DNA from: Elusimicrobiota bacterium
Lineage (GTDB): Bacteria; CG03; SLGR01; JBDRKX01
Direction of reading: 5' to 3'
NCBI GenBank assembly: GCA_043813605.1
Contig: JBDRKX010000011.1
Span: forward strand, 1-23,081
DNA length: 23,081 nucleotides
This document shows, piece after piece, positions 16,158-23,081 of this stretch. The notes below the pieces were generated by a model. The model saw only the letters and a program-made list of their open reading frames with translations, was not told the DNA's origin and did not search any database. The position numbers and the translations under genes were made by a program. The first letter of the stretch is position 1; every line of letters starts with the position of its first letter.

Positions 16158-18400
16158 TCCTTCTCTTTTATGCTGTTTTCCAGCATGCTTGATGCAAACG
16201 AATCATGCGGATCGAGTTCAAGTGATCTCATAAATTCGGATACTGCAGCTTTTGTCTTTCCCAGCTTAACATAAACACGGCCAAGTCCATTATGCGCAAC
16301 AACACTTTCGGTATCCAGCTCTAACCAGGCGCGGTAATAGTCCTCTGCTTTCCCATACAGCCCCAGATTAAAGCTTATTTCTGCCATACGGGAAAACAGA
16401 ACTGTATTTTTTAACCCCAGTTTAAATGCTTTCCTGTACTCTTTCAGGGCTTTTTCGTATATTTCCAGTTCATCATATATACGGCCTATATTATAGCGCG
16501 CAAAAGGATTATAAGGATTAAGGGCAAGCCCCTGACGAAACAATTCAGCTGCCTCCTGCCCGGCGCCCGAAAGGTATTTCAAATACCCTACTTCATAGAA
16601 AAGGTTGGGACAGTACGGTACAGGTTTCAGTTCTATTGCCCGGCTGAACTGAGACATTGCCCTGCCATACGATCCTGTTCTTGAAAAAAACCTGCCGGAA
16701 GCCACCAACCTGTAATATTTACCGGTCTTTTCGTTTGAATTAGTTATAAGAGAAGTATTGTACATATCATCTGTCCCTTCAGCCGGTACACTATATTTCT
16801 CTTCCATGACTTTCTCCGCCTCTTCAAAACTGCTCCGGCATCTTTCTATCATATCGCGGTTTTTTAGCGTGTTTCTGATAAATATCACTGCGCTTTCGTC
16901 GTAATATACCATGACCCATTTTTTATCGGCCATAATTCCTTTCAGGAACTCTTCTATCCAGAAATTATTATGTCCCAGAACGATATAATCGATATTATAC
17001 CTGGCGGCGAGCCTTTCCCATAACAGCGGTGAATGCACGGCTTTCCAGTAATACTCAAAAAAATCTCCCCCGTACACTGCTCCCCTGCCGTCAATAAACA
17101 CTTTCCTTTCGGGATAACCCCTCCAGGCAAGATATCCGCCTATACTGATATCGTTGAACATGTTTCCCTCTATATTATTCTGTTCCATAAAATCGACAGC
17201 ATTACCGGGAAAAAAAATTTCTGAATAGCCTGTCCCGAATTCCCTGAAATAGCCTTCTTTGAGATAATACCTGCCGGTTACCCTGTTCCAGGAAAGAATT
17301 ACCGTTATCAGAAAAAGGAACAGCGCCGCGCCGAGCTTTATCAGTTTTTTCTGCTTTTCCTTTAGTTTTATTCTGCCTCTGAGATACTGCCCGGTTATCA
17401 CATCATTCAGGTTTATAACGGCTAACGGCCCGGCTGCAATAGCAAAAAGAGGTATATTCCTCGCTGCAATCAGTGAAAGGTATAAAAACGCACTATAAAT
17501 GATAACATTGGTCACAGTTATCTTCTTAATATTAATAAGAAAAGTAGACGCGGTGAATATAATAAAGACCCTGTACCACCATGTATCCAGTGTAACAGAA
17601 TCGAGCGGACGGCGGTATTCCATTATCACTTTAGAAAATATATTCGAAGAACTGTCCAGCTCCGCATAAAGCCTGAAGGGCCACAGCATAAGCTTCCATG
17701 AATACGGATTAATAAAACTTACTGCAACGCACGCACCAAGTATATACAACAGATTCATATACCGCTTACCCTTTAACGCGAACTCATCTTTACCGATAAA
17801 GGGCAGCTTAATATTTGCCGAGACGAACTCTCCTGCCAGATATATAGACACAATGACTATCCCCAGAATAAACAGCGCATGTGAATTGACCCATAATATC
17901 TGCACCACAACCAGTAACCAGAGAAAATTCTTTTTTTTATATTTGTACTGCCATAATATCAAAAGATATACCGAAATAAAGAGAAACGAGAAAAGTTCCG
18001 GGCGTAAGAGTATCCTGCTTCCTATTGCTATCAGTGACAGGATAAGGCATCCTGCTGTTATTACATGATTTTCCTCCCTGTAGCCTGTATGCCATAACAA
18101 AAAAAATACCGCCATCAGCAGTACCGCCTTAAAAACGACAATTGCAGTCAATCCGCCAAAATATCTGTATATAAAATAGACTATAACCTGGAACAACCAG
18201 TGGAAATTAATCCATTCACTGGCCGGTACTGTAAAAGAAAAGATATCTTTTTCGGGCAATCCCAGACCGGCATATATTATTTCACCGCTCTTCAGATGCC
18301 ACCAAAAATCACTGCTTATTATCTTAAACAGGCAGAATACGCCTGCTGTAACCAGAAGAGCAAAAAACAATGATCTTTCTGCCGATTTAGAGTAATTCAC
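16154..18400 (-). CDS. Polytopic membrane protein (putative GT-C fold glycosyltransferase) with C-terminal TPR repeats
   Basis: SDFWWHLKSGE in the first loop, WINFHWLFQ, RPELFS, LWVNSH, INPY, VFIDGR, more than 10 TM segments; TPRs such as ARYNIGRIY and AHNGLGRVY. Confidence 0.7.
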   Translation of the reverse strand: MNYSKSAERSLFFALLVTAGVFCLFKIISSDFWWHLKSGEIIYAGLGLPEKDIFSFTVPASEWINFHWLFQVIVYFIYRYFGGLTAIVVFKAVLLMAVFFLLWHTGYREENHVITAGCLILSLIAIGSRILLRPELFSFLFISVYLLILWQYKYKKKNFLWLLVVVQILWVNSHALFILGIVIVSIYLAGEFVSANIKLPFIGKDEFALKGKRYMNLLYILGACVAVSFINPYSWKLMLWPFRLYAELDSSSNIFSKVIMEYRRPLDSVTLDTWWYRVFIIFTASTFLINIKKITVTNVIIYSAFLYLSLIAARNIPLFAIAAGPLAVINLNDVITGQYLRGRIKLKEKQKKLIKLGAALFLFLITVILSWNRVTGRYYLKEGYFREFGTGYSEIFFPGNAVDFMEQNNIEGNMFNDISIGGYLAWRGYPERKVFIDGRGAVYGGDFFEYYWKAVHSPLLWERLAARYNIDYIVLGHNNFWIEEFLKGIMADKKWVMVYYDESAVIFIRNTLKNRDMIERCRSSFEEAEKVMEEKYSVPAEGTDDMYNTSLITNSNEKTGKYYRLVASGRFFSRTGSYGRAMSQFSRAIELKPVPYCPNLFYEVGYLKYLSGAGQEAAELFRQGLALNPYNPFARYNIGRIYDELEIYEKALKEYRKAFKLGLKNTVLFSRMAEISFNLGLYGKAEDYYRAWLELDTESVVAHNGLGRVYVKLGKTKAAVSEFMRSLELDPHDSFASSMLENSIKEKD

Positions 18401-18447
18401 GCTGGATTAATTTTTCCGGCCGGAACCGCTGTTAATACAGGGATATA

Positions 18448-20028
18448 TCATTTGTTCTTTTGTTCCGAGACACTTCCCTGCTTGATATTCATCCGTGGCG
18501 GCAGACTTTTTTCTGACATTATCTGAAAGGTTTTCCGGAGCAACTCGGGATTGAGCCACAACAGTTTAACAAAACACTCTTTTGCTTTGTCCATCCTGTT
18601 AAGTTTCTGATAATTCTTCCCCATCGTCTGCCATACTTTATCTATCTTATAGAACCTGTTCAATTCCATGGCTTTCATGAGTTCCCTGTTTGATTCCTTA
18701 CATAAACCTATCTCGCTATAGGCAATACCGAGATTATACCTGGCTCTTACGTTATCCGGGTACTTGCTTACTGTATTTTCACAAAGGCTCACCATATCCC
18801 GGAAAATATAGTTCCTGTTAAAAGTAAGTCCGAACAATACTCCGATAAAACAGACTCCGGCAATAAACGGGATTCGTGCGGCTGTTTCCTTTCTTATTTT
18901 AAAACTTTTTTCTATATCTTTCTGAAATCCCATTATAAATGCCTGTACCATTACCAGCATAACACAGGAAAACCCGGCAAGCGGTATATACATATATCTA
19001 TCCGCCACAATATTAAACAGCGGCATCAGGTTACTGGCAGGTATATATGTTATAATAAAAAACCCCAATCCGAATTTTGCCACCCGGTCTCTTAGCTTGA
19101 AAAAGCCCCATATCGCCGAGATAAAAATAATTATTCCCGCCAAAGACGCCGCTGATATATATTCGGGAATCCGTATCTGGTAATCATTTGCCAGCCTGAA
19201 GGGAAAAAAGACAGTAACTGCATAGTGCGCTATTGTGACCATAATCGTATTTATATACGTGAAATAAGACGTAAAGGGGCTCATTGGGCCTTTAAGATTA
19301 ACAAACACGACATTAAAGATATCGTAATTATACCTGTCCGTCCAGAAAAAGAGCATATACAGGGCGCCGCATATTATCATTGGTGCGCATATAAAAAAGA
19401 TCGTCTTTTTCATCTGCGGCCTAAATACAACCAGGTACAATATTAGAATAACGGGAAATGTTATGGCAATCTCCTTTGATAGCATTGCGCACAGGTACGC
19501 TCCTGCTACAAAGGGCATATAATAGTATTTTTTTTGCTCTACTGCCTTTATAAACAAAATAACCCCTATCAGGAAGAAAAAAGCAGCCAGCAGATCCCCC
19601 CTGAAACCTGGAATATTAACTACTTCAGCCTGTATAGGATGGACAGCATATATCACTGCTGCTGTGAGCGAATAATCTCTCTTTAGCCCGAGAACGCAGA
19701 ATAAGATAAAAACAAGGACCGTATTGAGCGTATGGAAAATAATATTAGAAAAATGAAATCCTGCCGGATTGTAGTTATATATTTTATGATCCAGCATTAA
19801 TGAAAAAACGGTGAGTGGCCTTGCACCGTTCCTTATCGGCTGAGGGGATACAAGATTCTTTTTTCCGAAAAGGACTTCTACATTATCCCAGTCCCTTATA
19901 AACTCGTTATTAAGGATAAGATAGTAATCTTCGGCTACAAAATTACTTTTCAGGCTGTTGACATATGCGAGTATACAGAAAAAAAATATCAGTAAAAACT
20001 CATACCTGAATTTCATTCTCAGATTCAC
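18448..20028 (-). CDS. TMTC-like membrane glycosyltransferase (GT-C) with C-terminal TPR
   Basis: YVNSL...FVAED (equivalent of the DD motif), RPLT, HFSNIIFH, HPIQAEVV, SKEIA, ADRYMYIP, ARYNLG: the pattern of bacterial homologues of TMTC protein O-mannosyltransferases. Confidence 0.78.
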   Translation of the reverse strand: MNLRMKFRYEFLLIFFFCILAYVNSLKSNFVAEDYYLILNNEFIRDWDNVEVLFGKKNLVSPQPIRNGARPLTVFSLMLDHKIYNYNPAGFHFSNIIFHTLNTVLVFILFCVLGLKRDYSLTAAVIYAVHPIQAEVVNIPGFRGDLLAAFFFLIGVILFIKAVEQKKYYYMPFVAGAYLCAMLSKEIAITFPVILILYLVVFRPQMKKTIFFICAPMIICGALYMLFFWTDRYNYDIFNVVFVNLKGPMSPFTSYFTYINTIMVTIAHYAVTVFFPFRLANDYQIRIPEYISAASLAGIIIFISAIWGFFKLRDRVAKFGLGFFIITYIPASNLMPLFNIVADRYMYIPLAGFSCVMLVMVQAFIMGFQKDIEKSFKIRKETAARIPFIAGVCFIGVLFGLTFNRNYIFRDMVSLCENTVSKYPDNVRARYNLGIAYSEIGLCKESNRELMKAMELNRFYKIDKVWQTMGKNYQKLNRMDKAKECFVKLLWLNPELLRKTFQIMSEKSLPPRMNIKQGSVSEQKNK

Positions 20029-20055
20029 CTTCTTTTGTAAAGCGCCGATCTGAGT

Positions 20056-21840
20056 TTATCTGCGGGCTTTTGCCCTTTCAAGAGCTTTCAATGCCTCTGC
20101 ATGATCTTTATCGAACTGGATGGTTTGTTCCCACAGGCTTATTGCCTCTTCAATATTCCCCACGGTATATTCATTAAGCCCTTTTTCATAGAGTCTTTCG
20201 GCTTTTTTTCTGTTTATCTGGAGTATCTTATCCTCTACTTCTCTGATCTTGCCCTTTGCTTCTTCGTAGTAGGCATCATATTTTAAAGCGTTCTTAAATT
20301 CAACAACTGCTTCCTCAAACTTGTTCTGCTGGTAGTATATATACCCCTGTTCGTAAAATCCCTCTGCAAGTTTTTTACGCGTCTTGCTTATCTGTTTTGA
20401 AAATTTACCCTTCCAGGCGTCATTGACACTCCCGGCGGCCGCTTTAGATCCATTATCGAAAGCCCAGAGCGCCGACTCGTATTTTTTATTTTCCATATAC
20501 CGCATTCCTGAATCATAGTAGTTCGTGACCTCTGTTTCTTTTGTCTGTTCTTCTTTCAACTGCACCGAACGTTTTTCGGACTCTTCCGTTTCTTCCAGTA
20601 TACGTTCTGCCTCCTCAATTTTCTGTTTGGCTATAAAATTTTCCTTATCTATAACAAGGACTGCGACATAGTACTTTACCGATTCCCTGTACTTTTTTTC
20701 ATTAAAGAGCCTGTTTGCCACCTGCATCAGCCTATCGGTCTTTGTATCATCCCTTTCAATAGAGGGGCGCTCTCTCTTAAGCTGTATGATGACCTTGTTT
20801 ATCTGTTCAAGATATTTAAATGTCTGTTTATATGTTTTATCCATGATTATTACTTTTTCGAAATATTTTTTTGAAGCGCTAAGGTTACCCTCAACATAAT
20901 ATTCTATTCCCTGTTGATAGAGCCTCTCCACATCTGTCGGGTCTTCCTTTTCTTTCCCGAACCTGTACCTGGCAGATATTACATGAAACGGGTCCAGTTC
21001 ATCCGTACCCAACACAACACCGTAATCCAATGAAACCTTGCTTACAGCCGTTCCCAATCCGGCCGTGAGCCTGGGATCTGTCTCTTCTGCTCCTGTAAGC
21101 CCTGCACGCACGATCACATTATCAAAAAGATCATTCCCGGTATCTATCTTGTATTGCGCACCAAGCCCATAGTACATATAACCATCTATAAGCTGCCCTC
21201 CGTTAAGAGACACATCCAGATTGTCATATATGTCCTTCTTGCTTATATTTAATTCAAACAATGAAGGAAGCCGCATCCTGACAGTCGCCACCTCATACTC
21301 TCCACCCAGATTCTTAAACACAGCGCCGATGTTCAACCCGGTCATTCCCGGCACCATGTACAGCAGCCCGAAATCAGCCGCAAAAACATTTATCTTTTCA
21401 TCTGCTATTTCTTTATGTATCAGTTTTACAGCAATGCCGGCACATGCGACCTGTGTCTTCCTCATTAATTTGTCTTGTGAGTATATCCTGTGCCCGTAAC
21501 TGAATGCGCCTATAAGATTATTATAGTCTTCCCGGCCAAAATAACTTACTGCGGCCCCGAAGACACCGTTTTCGAGCGGATAACCGAAAGCGAGGTTCTG
21601 GTGGCTGTCTCCATCGGGTATTGAACCGAAAGATACGGCAACTTCCTTACTCAGCATATTTGCTATTGCGGAAGGATTATAACTTACAGCGTTGGCATTT
21701 ACGACAGTGCCCTCATACGCCCCGCCTGTGGCGATTATGCCGGCATCGCTGCTGATGTCTTCTATGAGCATCGCGCCCTGAACAGGAGACAACAGAAATA
21801 TGGTCAATATTGCCGCAAATATAGAAGTATATTTAAACAT
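20056..21840 (-). CDS. PorV/PorQ (UPF0164)-like outer-membrane beta-barrel fused to TPR repeats
   Basis: Signal peptide; GGAY...NAVSYNPSAIA; alternating beta strands (ADFGLLY, NIGAVFKNLG, LTAGLG, LDYG, HVISARYRFG); helical TPR C-half. Confidence 0.72.
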   Translation of the reverse strand: MFKYTSIFAAILTIFLLSPVQGAMLIEDISSDAGIIATGGAYEGTVVNANAVSYNPSAIANMLSKEVAVSFGSIPDGDSHQNLAFGYPLENGVFGAAVSYFGREDYNNLIGAFSYGHRIYSQDKLMRKTQVACAGIAVKLIHKEIADEKINVFAADFGLLYMVPGMTGLNIGAVFKNLGGEYEVATVRMRLPSLFELNISKKDIYDNLDVSLNGGQLIDGYMYYGLGAQYKIDTGNDLFDNVIVRAGLTGAEETDPRLTAGLGTAVSKVSLDYGVVLGTDELDPFHVISARYRFGKEKEDPTDVERLYQQGIEYYVEGNLSASKKYFEKVIIMDKTYKQTFKYLEQINKVIIQLKRERPSIERDDTKTDRLMQVANRLFNEKKYRESVKYYVAVLVIDKENFIAKQKIEEAERILEETEESEKRSVQLKEEQTKETEVTNYYDSGMRYMENKKYESALWAFDNGSKAAAGSVNDAWKGKFSKQISKTRKKLAEGFYEQGYIYYQQNKFEEAVVEFKNALKYDAYYEEAKGKIREVEDKILQINRKKAERLYEKGLNEYTVGNIEEAISLWEQTIQFDKDHAEALKALERAKARR

Positions 21841-22026
21841 AACAGAAATTCATTGATTTCAAATATATTAATACATTATAATGAAATTTTCAACAGAATC
21901 GTCCAAACCCGCAAATAAGTTTTTCCTAATACAGACATGCAATAAGCCGCCGGCAGAAGCTCTACTTTGCCTTGACACATTGCCCCGGTTCTTGCAAATT
22001 CAAGTGTTTTTTGATAAAAATATGGC

Positions 22027-23081
22027 ATGAACACTGTCAAAAAAAGATATCTCCTGCCGGAATACAGGCTGTTTTTTCCGGTATTAGTTGTTATATTCTT
22101 CATTATTTTCTCCGGGAAACCATGTAATGCCGACTGGGTAACTTATAATACCGAGAACAGCGAACTTGTTCACAACAACGTGTATGCACTGGCTATTGAT
22201 GATTCAGGAAACATATGGATAGGTACTGAAGGCGGCGTGAGTAAATTCGACGGCCGGACAGACTGGACGACTTTTACGACCGCTAACACCGCTAACGGAC
22301 TTGCCAACAATTCTGTCTGGACAATAGCCATAGACACCGAGGGGGTGGTATGGATCGGGACGATGGGCGGCGGCATAAGCAGATATGCCCAGGACGAGGA
22401 TCCGCAATTTAAAAATTTCAATATGACCACTACCGGCGACGGTTTACCGGGTGACTATATACGTGCCATTGCAATTTCCACAAGCAACATAAGGTGGGCA
22501 GGCACAATGGATACTGGCTTCAGTATATCGGAAAACATCGGTGCCGGTTTTTCATGGTCTTCATACACCCGTTATAACTGCGGTATCGCCCATAATAACA
22601 TATATGATATAGAAATAGACGATTCCGGCGCAAAGTGGTTCGGCCTCAACGGGTACGGTATCAGCGTGCTGACAGGGAATGACCCTTCGGCGGCAGGCGC
22701 ATGGACAACTTATACGCGTTCAAACACCAATCAGGAACTGGCTTCGGACGGCATAAGGAGTATTGAAATAGACTCGAGCGGCAATAGATGGTTCGGTACG
22801 GATATCAAAGGCGTATGCGTTCTGGACACAACCGGCAACTGGACGACATACGATTTAACTAACAGCGGGCTTTCCAATAATACTGTCAAGCAGATCAAGG
22901 AAGACCCGGTTTCCGGTCATATCTGGATAGGCACAAACGGCGGCGGGGTATGCCAATACGACGGGAACACATGGATCACATTCGACCAGAACAACAGCGA
23001 TATTCCGAGTAACTTCGTTCAGGCCATCGCTATAGATAATAAGACCGGATACAGATGGTTTGGTACCCAGGAGGGCTTGTG
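22027..23081 (+). CDS. Secreted beta-propeller protein (two-component regulator propeller repeats, PorZ-like); 3'-partial
   Basis: Frame open from ATG 22027 to the window end; not in the ORF track because it has no stop. Signal peptide MNTVKKRY...FFIIFSGKPCNA/DW. Seven repeats of L..N.V..I.ID..G..W.GT..G. Confidence 0.88.
   Translation, partial: MNTVKKRYLLPEYRLFFPVLVVIFFIIFSGKPCNADWVTYNTENSELVHNNVYALAIDDSGNIWIGTEGGVSKFDGRTDWTTFTTANTANGLANNSVWTIAIDTEGVVWIGTMGGGISRYAQDEDPQFKNFNMTTTGDGLPGDYIRAIAISTSNIRWAGTMDTGFSISENIGAGFSWSSYTRYNCGIAHNNIYDIEIDDSGAKWFGLNGYGISVLTGNDPSAAGAWTTYTRSNTNQELASDGIRSIEIDSSGNRWFGTDIKGVCVLDTTGNWTTYDLTNSGLSNNTVKQIKEDPVSGHIWIGTNGGGVCQYDGNTWITFDQNNSDIPSNFVQAIAIDNKTGYRWFGTQEGL

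Overview
Bacterial (probably diderm; lineage not determinable here) window dominated by glycosylation genes, with an embedded RiPP-type cassette. From right to left on the minus strand, a 49-aa peptide gene (strong AGGAGG RBS, YEKPKL leader motif, C-terminal DCTTGLSSIAESE) heads a mostly overlapping or abutting run of genes: GT2, GT4, a radical SAM/SPASM enzyme resembling SynChlorMet ScmF fused to a C-terminal PqqD/RRE domain, a stand-alone PqqD/RRE, a second GT2, an S24/S26 peptidase fused to a methyltransferase-like domain, a radical SAM/Twitch enzyme, a degenerate GT4/GT2 hybrid, and a truncated chimeric radical SAM. The best candidate for a new system is a SynChlorMet-related RiPP pathway that may also glycosylate its peptide; that function is inference. 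Left flank: a glutamine-dependent AsnB-type amidotransferase and a Wzm/Wzt ABC exporter. Right flank: a frameshifted methyltransferase, a polyprenol-phosphate-sugar synthase-like GT2 with a methyltransferase, two GT-C-like membrane/TPR proteins (one TMTC-like), a PorV-like barrel/TPR protein, and a secreted beta-propeller protein that runs off the window end and is absent from the ORF track. No rRNA, tRNA, CRISPR or transposase was seen. All family calls come from motif recognition, not from database searches.
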